A DNA stretch of 64,000 bases from the human T2T-CHM13v2.0 reference genome, Homo sapiens: NCBI RefSeq assembly GCF_009914755.1, contig NC_060933.1; one strand, written 5' to 3'. The notes under the pieces were generated by a model that was given only the letters and a program-made list of their open reading frames with translations, ran no database searches and was not told where the DNA came from. The position numbers and the translations under genes are program-made. Shown here one piece after another: positions 38,896-55,733 of this stretch. Each line of letters begins with the position of its first letter. Position 1 is the stretch's first letter.

Positions 38896-40669
38896 TGAAT
38901 AATGGTTTCATTTTATAGTTCTCAGAAATGTGTATTTTAGAATCTTAGTACCAAAATTATTTTCTGGTAGGAATTTTGATTGTAGTTTTAAATATAACTC
39001 TAAACATCAGTTCAGTAAACTTTTTGATAACATCTAGCTTTTTGTATTACTATCAACACCATCTTCCTACAGAGTTTCTTGTACATTACTGTACTTTTTT
39101 TACTCATTTTTATGATTAGCAAAGCGCCAGTTACTTTCTCCCCCATCCCTACTCTAGATTATACTAGTTCTCTGATGTAATGCTCACCCCTGACTAAAAT
39201 ATTTTATCAACAGGGATGTATATGTGCCAGTTATACTGCCTAATTAAAGGAGAAAAAATAAATCAATGATGTCTGGAATTTATATAACAAAATGTAAATC
39301 AATCCCAGGTCAGCCCCACCCAAGCTGTAGGACATGGTTGATTCTAAAAGATTAACGCTTTCTCTTTTTTTAAATAGCTTCAGAAATCTAATTTATTTTA
39401 ATGTAAATAGGAGAAATGAATTATTTTATACTTTGCTCTTAAGTTTCTCATTTATCTTCTCTGTCTTCTTTTTAACTCAGATGCTTCTTGACCCTTCCTG
39501 GCTTAAACTAGTCCTATTAATGTTATTTGTCTATTTATCTTAAGTATTTATATGGCTTACCTGTCTGGCTTTTCCAGGGTTATATTACCAAAATTGTAAC
39601 TAACTTGCAACTCACTTAATTCAGCATAGTTTTCTGTTCTTAGATAAAAATATGATAGTACACCTACTGCCTAGTAGACTGTGAGCCTTTTGAAGGTAAG
39701 GATCATATTTTTATGTGTGTTTGTACCCCCTACACCTTGCACAGTACTCAGGGCCTAGTTTAGAAAAAGCTTGATAAATATTTTATGGATGCATAAAAGG
39801 ATGATTAACAATTATCAACCTCAATGTGGATATATAATAAATGTTTCTGGGAGAGTTTATTGATCTTAATGTGAACAAACTGTAGTAACCCAAAGAACTT
39901 CTCCATGGGACTGTATTTGGACTTGGCTTAATTTTAAGTCTGCAATACAGAGAAGTTAAGTAACTTTCCAAGGGCACAGTGTTAGTTAAGTGGTAGGGCT
40001 ATTTAAACTCAAATGCATGATTTGAAAACCTAAGCTCTTAAGTGTGACACTAACTTCTTTGCTAAGTATCCGTAAAGCTCCTTAAAAATATTATACTGAC
40101 ATTTTGTTGGAATTGTGCAACAAACTGGGAAGAGTTGACATTTCTTTCTCATATTAAATTTTTTATTTTAGGGATACATTGTATTTCTCCTTGTATACAA
40201 GTATTATTTTATGTTTTTCAGTAATTCTTGATCATTTTATTCATATTGATACATCATGTTTCTTGCTGAATTTTATTCATGATATGTTATGCTTTTTCTG
40301 TTGTTTATTAAAATTAATACTTCTTCTCTGTGTATTTTCCTACCAAATTATTTATGGATATAGGAAAGTAATATTTGCTTATTATTGCATTTTCCCAGTG
40401 TATTATGTGTTAGTAACATTTTGTTTTTACTGTCATTTTCCTCTTCATTCTGGCATTTATTTCTCTTTATAATTTTGGTAAAATATATATAAAATAAAAT
40501 TTAGCATCTTAACCATTTTTAAGTGTACAGTTTAGTAGTGTTAAGTATATTCACTTTTGCATCCAATTTCCAGAACTCTTTTATCTTGCAAAATTGAAGT
40601 CTACACCCATTAAATAAAAACTCACCATTTCCCCCTCTTCCCAATCCTTGCAACCACCATTCTACTTTC

Positions 40670-40966
40670 TTTTTTTTTTTTTTTTTTGAGATGAGTCTTG
40701 CCCTGTCATCCAGGCTGGAGCACAATGGCGCGATCTTGGCTCACTGTAACCTGTGCCTCCTGGGTTCAAGCAATTTTCCTGCCTCAGCCTCCCGATAGCT
40801 GGGATTACAGGTGCACGCCACCATGCTTGGCTAATTTTTTGTATCTTTAGTAGAGACGGGGTTTCACCATGTTGGCCAGGTTGGTCTTGAAGTCCTGACC
40901 TCATGATCCGCCTGCCTCATCCTCCCAAAGTGCTGGGATTACAGGTGTGAGCCACTGTGCCCAGCC
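40670..40966 (-). mobile_element. AluS-like inside an old L1
   Basis: TSD TCTACTTTCTT. Confidence 0.88.
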
Positions 40967-41291
40967 CCTCTACTTTCTTATTCTATGAATTTGACTACTC
41001 TAGATACCTCATAAAAGCAGGCTGAAACAATACTGTCTTTTTGTGACAGGCTTATTTCAGTTAGTATAATATACTCAAGGTTCATTTGTATTACAGCATG
41101 TATCAATTTCCTTCATTTTTAATATATGTATGTATTCTGTGTCATGTATATACCACATTTGTTCATTCATCCATCAATGAATATTCAGGTCACTTTTTTA
41201 CTTTTTGACAATTGTGAGTAATGCTGCTGTGAACATGGGTGTACAAATATCTCTTGAAAACTCTGCTTTCAATTCCTTTGGATATATACCT

Positions 41292-41650
41292 TCTATTAGT
41301 CCGTTCTCACACTGCTATAAAGATACTACCTGGGACTGGATAATTTATTTAAAAAGAGGGTTTAATTGACTCGCAGTTCGGCATGGCTGGCCCAGGAAAC
41401 TTAAAATCATGGCAGAAGGTGAAGGGCAAGGAAGCCATGTCTTACATGGCAGCAGAAGAGAGACAGTGTCCAGGGGAAAGTGCCACTTTTAAACCATCAG
41501 ATCTCATGAGAACTCCCTCACTATCATGAGAACAGCATGGGGGAAACAACCCCCATGATTCAGTCACCTCCCACCATGTCCCTCCCTCGACACATGGGGA
41601 TTACAATTAAAGATGAGAGTTGGGTGGGGACGCAGAGCCAAACCATGTCA
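41292..41650 (-). mobile_element. MST-type MaLR solo LTR
   Basis: T(C)TATTAGTCCGTTCTCACACTGCTATAAAG...GCCAAACCATGTCA; 5-bp TSD TACCT on both sides. Confidence 0.85.
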
Positions 41651-43050
41651 TACCTAGAAGTAGAATTGCTGGATCATATGGTAATTCTACTTGTAATTTT
41701 TTAGGGAGCCACCATGCTGTTTTCCATAGCAGCGGCACCATTTTACATTCCTACCAGGAGTACATTCTCCACATGCTCATCAAAACTTGTTATTTTCTGT
41801 TTTCTGATAGTAGCCATCTGATGGGTGTGAAGTAGTATCTCATTGTGATTTTGATTCACATTTCCCTAATGATTAGTGTTGCTGAGCGTCTTTTCATATA
41901 TGTATTGCCATTTGTATATCTTCTTTGAAGAAATATATATTCAAGTCCTTTGCTCATTTTTTAATCAGGTTTTTTTTGCTGAATTATAGAAATTATTTAT
42001 GTATTCTGGATATTAATCCCTTTTCAAATATATGATTTGCAAATATTTTCTCCCATTCCATAGATTGCTTTTCACTCTGTTGCTTGTGTCCTTTGATGCG
42101 CAGATGTTTTAAAGTTTTAGCTAGTTCAACTTTTGTTGCCTATTTTTCTTTTTACTTTGTTGAGATATAACATGAACCCAGTAAAGCACACTAATCTTAC
42201 GTGTATAGCTCAATGAATTTTTACATATTTGTACATCTTTGTAGCCACACCCACCTCAAAAAACAGAATAGTTCTCTTACTCCTAGAAGGTTTCCACATG
42301 CATCTTCCCACATATTCACCTCCACCCCTAACTTAAGATACCTATCATCTACCATCACTTAGTTTTATCTATTAATAAAGGTTGTATAAATGGAATGATA
42401 CTGTATGTATTCTTTTAAAATCTAGATTCTTTTAGTTAGTATAATGTTTGGAGATTCATTTATGTTGTTACATGTGTCAGTTCATTCCTTTTTATTGCTG
42501 GGTAGTATTGAATTGTTTGACTGTATCTCAAATTTTAAATGTATTCTGTTGATGGACATTTGGGTTGCTTTCACTTTGGGGATTTTAGGGATAAATTTAC
42601 CATGAACATTCTTATACATATTTTTTGGTGGACTTATGCACTCTTTTTTTGTATATATATATCCTAGAGATAGGATTATTGAGTCATAGTGATAGCTTTA
42701 GTATACTGCCAAACAATTTTTTGTAGTTCTATCAGTTCACTCTTCTTTCAGTAATGCATGAAAATTACAGTTGTCTCATATCCCCATCAACTCTTAATTT
42801 TGTCAGTCTAAAAATGTCTTAGTTTGTCTGGTGGATGTGTACTGGTAGCTATTGTAGTTTTTATTTTCATTGCCCTGGTGAGTAATGATGTTCAATACTT
42901 TTTCACTTACTTATTGTTCATCTGAATATCCTTCTTATGAAGTGCCTGTGACAGTCTTTTGCACATTTTTCATTGACTTGTCCCTTTCTGATCAATCTGT
43001 AGAGTCTCTATAGATTCTAAGTCTTTTGTAGGATGTTTGTAAAACGTATA

Positions 43051-45580
43051 TAGACATACGTCAGAGATATTTCTAGTTCAGTTCTGGACCACTGCAATAA
43101 AGCAAATTTTGCAATGAAGTGAGTCACATAAATTTTTTGGTTTCTCAGTACATATAAAAGTTATGTTTACACTATAATCAAGTCTACTAAGTGTGCAACA
43201 GCATTATGTCTTAAAAATTAATTTAAAACACTTTATTGCTAAAAAATCCTAATGATAATCTGAGCCTCCAGAGAGTTATAATCTTTCTGCTTATGAGGGT
43301 ATTATTTTGATGTTGATGGCTGCTGACCGATCAGTGTGGTGGCTGCTTAAGGTTGGGTTGGCCAAAGCAATTTCTTAAGATAACAATGACATTTACTGCA
43401 TCAGTAGACTCTTCATTTCGTTAAAGTTGTCTCTGTAGCATGTGACATTGTTTGGTAACATTTTACCCACAGTAGAATTTCTTTAGAAATGAGTCAGTCC
43501 TCTCAAACCCTGCCACTGCTTTATGTACTAAACTTTATTCTAAATCCTTTGCTGTCTTTTCAACAACATTCACAGCATCTTCACCCAGGACTAGATTCCA
43601 TCTCAAGAAACCATTTTTTTATGCATAAGAAGCAACTTATCTGTCCAAATTTTATCATGAGATTGTAGCAATTCAGTCACATCTTCAGCTCTACTTCTAA
43701 TTCTAGTTCTCTTGCTATTTCTACCACATCCTAGTGACTTCCTCCATTGAAGTCGTGAACCCCTCAAAGTCATCCATGAGGGTTGGAATCAACTTCTTCC
43801 AAATTCCTGATAATGTTAACACTTTGACCTTCTTCCATGAATCACTGATGTTCTTCCTGGCATCAAGAATGGTGAATCCTTTCCATAAGTTTTTCTATTT
43901 ACCCAGCTCCATCAGATGAATCACTATCTATGGCAGCTTAGCCTTACAAAATGTATTTCTTAGATAATAAGACTTGAAAGTTGAAATTACTCCTTGACCC
44001 ATGGGCTACAGAATGGATGTTGTGTCACCAGGTCTGAAAATAACATGAATATCCTTGTACATCTCTGTCAGAGCGCTTGGGTGACCAGGTGCGTTGTCAA
44101 TGAGAGTAATACTTTGAAAGCAATCTTTTTTTCTGAGCAGATCTTAACAATGGGCTTAAAATAGTCAGTAAACCATGCTATAAACAATAGATGTGCTGTC
44201 ATCCAAGCCTTGTTGTTCCATTTATAGAGCACAGGCAGAGTAGACTTAGCATAATTCGCAGAGCCCTGGGATTTTTGGAATGGTAAATGAGCGCTGGTTT
44301 GAATTTCAAGTCACCAATGGCATAGGCCCTTAGCAAGAGGGTCAGCCTATCCTTTGAAGTTTGAAGGCAAGCACTGACTTCTCCTCTCTAGCTGTGGAAG
44401 TCCTAGATGGCATATTCTTCCAACAGAAGGCTGTTTTGTTTACATTTGAAAATCTGTTTGTTAGTGTCACCATCTTCATCAATGGTCCTTCCTAGATCTT
44501 CTGGATAACTTGCTGTAGCTTCCACATCAGCATTTGCTGCTTCACCTTGCACTTATGCTGTGCACATGGCTTCTTTTCTTAAACCTCATGAACCAACCTC
44601 TGCTAGCTTCCAACTTTTCTTCTGCAGCTTCCTCACCTCTCTCAGCCTTCATAGAATTTAAGAACATTAGGGTCTTGCTCTAGATTAGGCTTTGGCTTAA
44701 GGGAATGTTATGGCTGGTTTGATCTTCTATCTAGAACTTTCTCTGTATCATCAATAAGGCTGTTCACTTTCTTATAATTTATGTGCTCACAGGAGTAGCA
44801 CTTTCAGTTTCCCTCAAGGACTTTTCCTTTGGATTCATAACTTGCCTTTTTAGTGCAAGAGGCCTAGCTTTCAGCGTGTGTTGGCTTTCAGCATGCCTTC
44901 CTCACTAAGCTTAATCATTTCTAGCTTTTGATTTAAAGTGAGAGATGGGTGAATCTTCCTTTCACTTGAATACTCAGTGGTCATTGTAGGATTATTAATT
45001 GGCCTAATTTCATTATTGTTGTGTCTGAGGGAATAGGGAGGCCTGAGGAGAGGGAAAAAGAAAGGGAAATAGCTATTCGGTGGAGCAGTCAGAACATATA
45101 CAAATTTATCACTTAAGTTCACCATCTTATATAGGCCCAGTATGTGGTGCCCCAAAACAATTACAGTTGACCCTTGGACATCACAGGTTTGAATTGTGTG
45201 GGTCCACTTATATGCAATTTTTTTTCAGCCAAACATGGATGGAAAATATAGTATTCACAGGATGCAAAACCTGCATATGTGTAGGGCTGACATTTTGCAT
45301 ATATGGGTTCTGCAGGGCTGATTTCAGAACTTGAATATGTTCAGATTTTGGTATATGCAGGGGTCCTGTAACTAATCCCCCTTGTATTCTGAGGGACAAC
45401 TGTACAATAGTTACATCAAAGGTCATTGATCACAAATCACCGTAACAGGTATAATAGTAATAAAGTTTAAATTTTGTGAAAATTACCAAAACATGACACA
45501 TAGGAAGTAAGCATATGCTATTGGAAAAATTGCACTGATAGACTTGTACTTGCTCCACATAAGTTTGTCAGAAACCTTCC

Positions 45581-45620
<40 letters not shown>

Positions 45621-45672
45621 TCATATCTGCAAGGAGCAATAAAGGGAAGTGCAGTAAAACAAAATGTGTCTG
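43051..45672 (-). mobile_element. Tigger1 full-length copy 2, intron 8, with nested MER8-like insert
   Basis: TIR-like ends with TA; transposase fragments such as SERKIHPSLTLNQKLEMIKLSEEGMLKA. Confidence 0.9.
45164..45402. mobile_element. MER8-like Tigger-family MITE nested in Tigger1 copy 2
   Basis: CAGTTGACCCTT...GAGGGACAACTG TIRs with TA duplication; host sequence resumes on both sides. Confidence 0.75.
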
Positions 45673-46962
45673 TATATCAATAAGAGGGATACTAGTCAGT
45701 GAACTGCTAGTTCAAAGGGTATGAATATTTACAACTTTGATAGATTATTAAAATACTTCTCAAAAGGTGTTTCCAATGTATCTGTACACCTGTTTTCTTG
45801 TATCCTTTGCCAACACTGGATGTTATCAATCTTTTAATTTTTCTGCCAAATCAATGGGCAAAATAATGCTGTCCTGTTATATTTCATTTCCTTAATTAGA
45901 ACATGAGATTGAGCAATACCTCATGTGTTTTTAGGTCAGCTTTAATATTTATACTTCTGTGGATTGCCTTTTCATGTCCTTTGACTAGTTTTCTTTTTTT
46001 ATTTTTAATTGTTTTATAGGTTTTATTCCCACAATGTATGTTAGGTATATTCCTTTGTTATACATGTTTGTAATCTCCAAGTCTTTTAATTTTGTTTAGG
46101 ATACCTTTTATAGTACTTGTTTTTTTGGCTATTTGTGTTAGCTAAATACCTTTTATAGTTCAAACATGTCACATGCTTGTCTCTTTATTATAATTTTTGG
46201 TTGAGGACTCTATTCTGTGTTCTCTTTATGATTATGTAAATATTGTTCATTGCTGGGCCAAGAAATATGCTGTAATCACATTTTCGTTCTTATATAACTT
46301 TTTCCAGGAGTTAATTATTGCTTTATGATTTTTCCTTTGTATCTAGCTTTATTTTCATTTTCTACAAGAACTCTGTAAAGTATTGGACTTCTCAATACAA
46401 AATTTCACATAATCAAACCTGTCATATATGATAGCATTTTTACTTCTTTTCTGGAGAAGTACCTCTTCGATCACAGCATCTTACTTTGTAGTGTGGACTG
46501 GAAGTTTTCTGGGTACAGCTATTATTTTGTCAGCTGTAATTTTTGGTCATTCCTTTCTTATCCTGGTAACTATGTTTTCATCTCTCTTATATTGGATCTG
46601 ATTTTCTAAATCTCATGTTTGCCCTGTTTTTCTAGGTACAGCCTCTGGTATTTGTTGGTATCTTTAATGTGATTGAGACAAATTAGAAAATTAATTTAGA
46701 GAGGATTTTTACATTTTTATGATATTGAATTTTCCTACCATGGTTAATCTCCTATATATTTAAATAAAAAGTTGCAAAAGAGTGTTTCGAAGTTTTTGTT
46801 AATTATTGATATTGCATCCTCTTTGTTACAAATGGGGCTTTTTTCATTATATAACTGACTTTTTGTATGTAAAAATATAATACGTCTATATATTTTCCCA
46901 TGTAAGTAACATGCTGCATTTTTGGCTGACTACATGTTCACATATGTATTAAGATACAATCA

Positions 46963-47289
<327 letters not shown>

Positions 47290-47335
47290 TTAGTTTGTAG
47301 CATGAATACTTTAGCAGTATGTAATTGGTATGTAG

Positions 47336-47642
<307 letters not shown>

Positions 47643-47969
47643 TCATGATTTCTAATGTCAACTTTTATATCATATTAAATAGATTTCTAGCTGAGATAAC
47701 TGGTATATTAGTCTAAGAAGGACATTGGAAAATAAAGTAAAATGATGGCTATAGAGTGAACTATAACTGGGAAGGTATGATAATCTGTATTTAGGAGGAT
47801 CTTAAATATCAGACATGAGAATTTGTAATTCATATTGAGTACTGAGCCATAAAAGATATGAGCAATTTAGAAGAAAATTGTATTTAACATGGAATGAAGA
47901 AAATTTTCAATATTTAACATGGAGTTGACTTTCTAAAAGGTGCTATTTCTTTTTCTTTTCTCTGCTTAG

Positions 47970-48128
<159 letters not shown>

Positions 48129-48551
48129 TGAGTAATACAGACTTAAAAGTAAATTTTTAGAAAAGTAAATGCTGTATTTACAAAGAAGATTTAACAGAGT
48201 GATACATGTATGTTTAGAAAAAAATAATTTGACAAGTTTTTTTTAAACAAAAGGCTATTTGCAATCAGATTACATAATAATTAGAATTATTTAGTGTATA
48301 ATTTACCATCTGTATCCCAATCTATAATATTTATAAGTTGTACAAGTTTAACATTTGTTAATCATGCCTATGTGTGATTCACTCCTGCATGTTACTAAAA
48401 AAGAAAGATCTCCAATTTATGTTTTATTAATTTTAAAATACTGCAAGGAAGCCACAGTGCAAAATTTGAAAATTCTTTATGTTTGGATAGTCCATCTCCT
48501 TCTACTGAAAGGTTCAAACACAAGATATATATGATGTCCACATTTCTAGAC

Positions 48552-48752
48552 TAGTGCTATGTAGAACTTCCTGCAGCGATGAAAATATTCTATATCTGTG
48601 CTGTGTAACACAGCAGCCACTAGCTACATGTGGCTGTTTAGCATTTGAGATGTGGCTAATGCAACCGAGGAACTGAATTTTAATTTAATTTTAATTTCTT
48701 TACATTTAAATAGCTACATGTGGCTAGTAACTATCACATTGGCTCACACAGT
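48552..48752. mobile_element. MER3-like hAT-Charlie element
   Basis: GCAGCCACTAGCTACATGTGGC...AATAGCTACATGTGGCTAG. Confidence 0.7.
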
Positions 48753-49702
48753 TGTAGATCCTTACTTTAATACTGGGTAAAGCTAGCTATCATGCATAAC
48801 ATCTATTTAGCTTAAGTCCTAATGATCTCTTAGCTACGATGTGGTTTATGTTGACAACAGATTTGAATAACTCGAGCAAAGGGAAAATCTGGGATCATGA
48901 GCATATTATGTTCTTTGCATTTAACCTACCCCTAAATATTTGAGAAAATACATCTTGGGTAATATAAAGAGTTGATTTAGTCTATGCTTAATATTTATTT
49001 AGTAATGAATATTGTTGCTATGAAAAAGTTGTACTACTTGAACTTTATGTCTGTAATTTACATGTTTAATATTTTTAAAACTCCTTGCCTTTATTCATGT
49101 ATCCATAAATTCATTCAAACATTCTTTTATTTATATTTACTGAGTAACTACTATGTGCAAGCATTGGTTTGTATATTAGAAATATGGTGATAAGTGAAAC
49201 AGAATGATTCTTTCTTTTGTATAGATTATATTTTGCTTTTCTTTCAGGGTGTGCAGCTTCAGAAAACATAAAAAATTTTAAAAACCAGTAGTCTTTGTCA
49301 GTTGCCATGGTTCTTCTCTTAGACTTTGTTATCGTACTGAATAATAAAATCATGCATTCAGATTTTTATGTCAGTAACTGCTATGGTAGTAGAGATATAA
49401 GTATTTTCTGATATATAATCTTTATAGTTAAATGAAGGTTTCTGAGAGTATGGTTTTAAAAATATTAACTTTGTAATCAGCAGGCAGAAAAATCAAATGA
49501 ACAAATTGTTCTTTGTGATTTTGTCTTATAAATACCTTTTATTGGTTTTTAAAGCTATATAATTGTCCCTTGAAGTGGTTTGAACTTACTGCAAAATAGC
49601 TTGGTACTTTGATTTTTTCCTTTGAAAGATTATTGCTAAACATATAAAGTAGAGGAGACAATTCTGACAGTTTTAGATTTGACTTTTGATTGTTTTAGAT
49701 GA

Positions 49703-49960
<258 letters not shown>

Positions 49961-50958
49961 TAATACTGAGAATTATAGCTTTGGATATGATAACTAGTAT
50001 AATGCTTAATTTCCTCAGAGATTCTGTACAAATAAACAAGTTATAATTCCCAGGGTTTATATAAAAATATAAAATAATTTATAATGTCTATCTTTTTATT
50101 TTGCATTTATTTTATTTTCTGATGTTTTGGTGTTACCAGTGTGTTAAAAGGTATTTCATCAAGTGTCTTGATGTTTCTTTGTTTGCAAAACTGGAAATCT
50201 TTGCCACATCATGTAGAACAAAATAAATCGGAAGCAAATTTTCTGTTTATTAACAGTGGTTGCAGAATTAGAGGAAACAGAATTAGAGAAAACTAGGTCA
50301 ATAACAAACAAATAGAAACATTAAAGCACTTTTAACTGATGATTTTCTAATATTTTTAAGAATAGTGGTCTACAATGCATGTTTTAAAGGTAAAACTGCA
50401 ATGAAACCCCACTGTTAATACAGATCATTTTGGATCTCATCTATGATTATATACTATCACTTATGAGGCAATTTCATGGTATAAATCCTAAGAAACTATA
50501 GAAGCTTGCAAATTTATCTTGCTTTTTTAAAACAGAGAAAAATAAGAACTTTGTTATTCAATTATTTTAATTTTTATAAAATGCAACTTATATTTGGCAT
50601 ATGTAGAGGGTAGATTACTTACAGAAGGGAGGTTATGCCATCACTTTACCTTTGTGTAAAACTGGTAATCTATCCTAATTTCAAAGTATCCTGTTACTAT
50701 AACAGATAATAGTACATTATATTCAAGTATGAATTCAAAAAAATATATATATATATTTTATGTTCACTGTATGTGCCAAGCCTAATATGAGAGCTATGTA
50801 TTATAGAGTTTATGCTACAGCCCTACCTTCAGGAAACTTATCTACTGGACAAACAAAAATTTTCAAATATACAAAAAATTCTAAATCGAACATTGTAATT
50901 ATCTAGCATAGGCAAATATAGACAGTAACAGACAGGTTTACAATTATTAAGAAAGGGC

Positions 50959-51398
<440 letters not shown>

Positions 51399-52070
51399 TC
51401 ATAATATAGTGCATAAGACAAATATTTAAAAACTGCAAAATATTAAAAATGTAATATTAAAGATAATTATACAAATACAATGGTGGTGCAGTGGAATGGC
51501 TGTATGTTCACCTTTGCTTGTGCAAAGAGGTGAGCATTAGAGAGGACCTCTTAGAAACAGTGGTACTTGAACTGAGTTTTGATGAATGAATAAAGGTTCA
51601 TTGCCCAGAAGAAGTGGGTATACATTCTTAGGTAGAAAGATAGCATGAAGAATTATCAAGGCATGAAGCAGCATGGCATTCGCTTGAAATGATTTAAGTC
51701 ATTTAATATGGCTGGAACGTAGGTTGTATGTTGGCAGTGGCAGGAGCTGAGATTGGAGATGGAGGCAGAAACCAGCTCATGGAAGGCTCTATATGCTACA
51801 TTTGTTTTAGGCTTTATCTTATAAATGATGGAAAACTATGAAGGATGGTATTGTTGCTATTAATTATCATTGCCTTCTTACATGCTTTTTCATAAAATCA
51901 ACTTTTAAACCACTTTTGTAGGCTGAGAAATTGTAAATTGCCCTTTTGAGGAACTAAGTACTTCTATCACTATACTGGCACTACATCGGATTCATGGTTC
52001 AAATGTTTATTCTGTTGCTTGTTCTTGTGATATCATTTTGTCAGAATAATCACTGTGATGTCCATTGTGA

Positions 52071-52307
<237 letters not shown>

Positions 52308-52870
52308 TAGTTATTTTTAAATTACTGGTCATGGATTGTTTATGTGGCGTGAAGTATCTTCAGTACATTGATTTCAAAGGATATATGAAAGAAGCAGCTC
52401 TAAAAGTTAATTTTATCTTATTCTATTGTACAAGCATCATCAAATAAGATTGTTTACTTTGGTTTTGGTGGTCTAGAAGTGACTTGAAGTTCAATTATTC
52501 TAAAATGAGATTTTAAACATAATGTGTGGTATGATGTCATTTATTGAACTGGAAGATCTCACTACTAAATTCTTATGTTGTTTTAAGTAAAAATTTTCAT
52601 ATACTTCGAGGATTTTAATTTCTGTATTTTAAAAATAAAGACAGTAAAGTTGGAAATTCCTTGAAATAATGAGCCTTACTATTAAAAATTATTAAAATTC
52701 CTGAAAAATTGTATGAGTTAAGGAAGTTACTATAATTTTGAATTAATGAAATAACTGGCAGGAATACATCAAAATCCAAATTACATTAGTTAAGGAAGTG
52801 ATTATAATTTTGAATGTATGAAGTAACTAAGAAGAAATATCAAAGTTCAATGAGTTGACCCCTAAAATAA

Positions 52871-53146
<276 letters not shown>

Positions 53147-53489
53147 TAGATACTCATTACTGTCTTTTTTGTCCTTTTAAAACAACATCTGTTTTCTTGA
53201 TTTACATTCATGTGACATTGGAATTATTTTGTTATATACAAATTTAGTTGTGATTTAAATATTTTTCTTATGAAAAATATGCCAACCTTGTGTTAGATGT
53301 TAGCAAAATTAATTAATTATCCTAAGAATGGAATCTTAATTTTCTTTTTGGAAATTTAAAAATGATTCTTCACAAATCTCAAATTAAAAATTAAAAATCT
53401 ACAAAGACCTATATCGCAACTCCCAAGTTCTCAAGAAAGTAAGGGAAATTCAAGGGGTTAAAAATAAAGAAGAAACTGAGGAAAAAATC

Positions 53490-53861
53490 CAGCCATCTCT
53501 CAGTGTCCATGAGGGATTGGTTCCAGGACTACCCATGGATACCAAAATCTGAGGATACTTAAGTGGAACCTGTGGATATGAAAAGTTGGCCCTCTATATA
53601 CATGGGTTTTGCATCCTATGAACACTGTATTTCTTTTTTTAAATAACTAATTATTTTTTAAAATTATTTATTTATTTATTAGAGCAGGACTTGCTGTGTC
53701 ACCCAGGCTGGAATGCAGAAATACTATATTTTCCAACTGAGTTTCCTTGCAGATGCAGAACCCGCCCTGCCAGTACAGAGGGCCCACTGGATTTATTGAA
53801 AAAAACCCACATATAAATGGACCTGTGCAGTCCAAACCCATGCTGTTCAAGGGTCAACTGT
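53490..53861. mobile_element. MER2B/MER8-like element with a short Alu fragment inside
   Basis: GGATTGGTTCCAGGAC...GTTCAAGGGTCAACTG|ta; Alu piece at about 53660-53715. Confidence 0.6.
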
Positions 53862-54849
53862 AGTACATAAGATCTGATAATCTGGCAGTCAGGTGGTGAG
53901 GGTTGATGATGAGCCACATTTATCAAGGGGGTTAAGATTTAAGAGCAATTTAAAAGGGCCAGGTCTCAGACCTGTGCAAGGCCACGAGTTAAAAGTGAGA
54001 CTATCCCTGAGTAAAACCAGGACACTTAAGTAAATACATCCTCAGTAAAACAATATATAGAATGTGAAAAATTCACCCACTAGCAAGCAGAGAAGAAAAG
54101 GAATATTGTCATTTTTAACTGCGCTTCTAGTGAGGAAAAGGAGTCTCTCCTAAGAATTTGTCATCATAAGCTTTGGAATTTGGGCTTCATTATACTACCT
54201 ACATAGACTGAGAAATCCTAAATTAAAAGTGGTACTCTCCTAATATTGTGTGGTGCTTGGAAGAAACAAAAAAATCTTTTCGGAACCACATACTCTTAAC
54301 CTAGGCAACCCATAATTCCCACAGATAAAAGCATTGCAAACACAAGCTTTTAATAGAAAATTTAGAAACATACAAGGAAATAATGCAGGATTAATTAAGA
54401 GTCAGTAGACCAACAAACATCAAAATTAGAACTCCAGGAACTTCCTATCACAGAATTTTCAGATACAGACTATAAAATACATATACATGTTTAAAGATAG
54501 AAAAGGAATTGAAACCACGGAGAAATAACAAGACATTGTTTTAACAAACAAAAAAGATGTCAGGAAAAAGGCATAGAAATGATAAATATCCTCATTGACA
54601 TTAAAACAGAATATACAGGATGAAAAGTAAATTACTTATAGCTGAAGAGAGATGTAGTGAACCTCAAGACAGATCTGAAGAAATTAAGAATGCAGCAGTT
54701 AGGGAGAAAGAAATGGATTATATGAAAGAGGGATTAAGTGGCATGGAAGGCAAAATGAGAAAGACCCAACTCATATCTGAGCTCTATAAGGAGACAATAG
54801 ATAGAATTAGCCAGAATGGTAAAGACAAGCATCTTCATGTGAGTAACAG

Positions 54850-55235
54850 GAAACAGAGTGGCCAGGTAACTTGACTAACATTACAAATCTAATAAATAGT
54901 AGACCTTGGATTTGAACACAAGCAGCCTTACTGCAGAGTGCAGGCTTTCAACAATTACTTTGTAAAGATATGCAAGAAATACTAGTATTAGTAGTAATAG
55001 CTGATACTTAATGCACATTTAGTATGTGTCATGGACTGTGCTAAGTGCTTTTATGTATTTATTCACTTATTGATCATAACAATCCTATGGGAAAATAGTT
55101 ATTATTCTCATTTTTCAGATGAAGAAACCACGACAGCTGCAGCACAGAGATTAAATAGCCTGTACAAGGTCATACAAGTGGTAATAAGAGAAAGTCAGAT
55201 ATTCTGCCTCTGCAGACCACATTCTCTAGTGTGCT
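54850..55235. mobile_element. MIR fragments
   Basis: ATTCTCATTTTTCAGATGAAGAAAC core; similar relics at about 13560-13750 and 62960-63150. Confidence 0.55.
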
Positions 55236-55457
55236 AGTAGGAAAGGCAAAGAAAATGATTCTCATGTAAGCAAATGTAGGTAAACACTGACTCTATTTTT
55301 AAAAAGTGACAATTATAGCCCATTCAGGAGATTTCAAAACCGAGTAGAGCCAAAATACACTTAATTCATTAATCCTTGTTTTCTGTCTCTTATTACTATT
55401 TAAGGAAGCAGAATAAAAGCATTAATTTGGAGTCTTAAATCTGGATTTAGATTCTAA

Positions 55458-55733
<276 letters not shown>

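Larger units (their letters stand above)
40470..43040 (-). mobile_element. L1M 3' fragments (two), with Alu and MST inserts
   Basis: L1 3'UTR/ORF2-end motifs on the minus strand. Confidence 0.65.

Noticed and set aside
45587-45618. A32 run as a retroposon tail or poly(A) site
   Set aside because: Expansion of the native A-run near the Tigger1 end (shorter runs in the other copies), with no TSD; relevant only as an internal-priming artefact.
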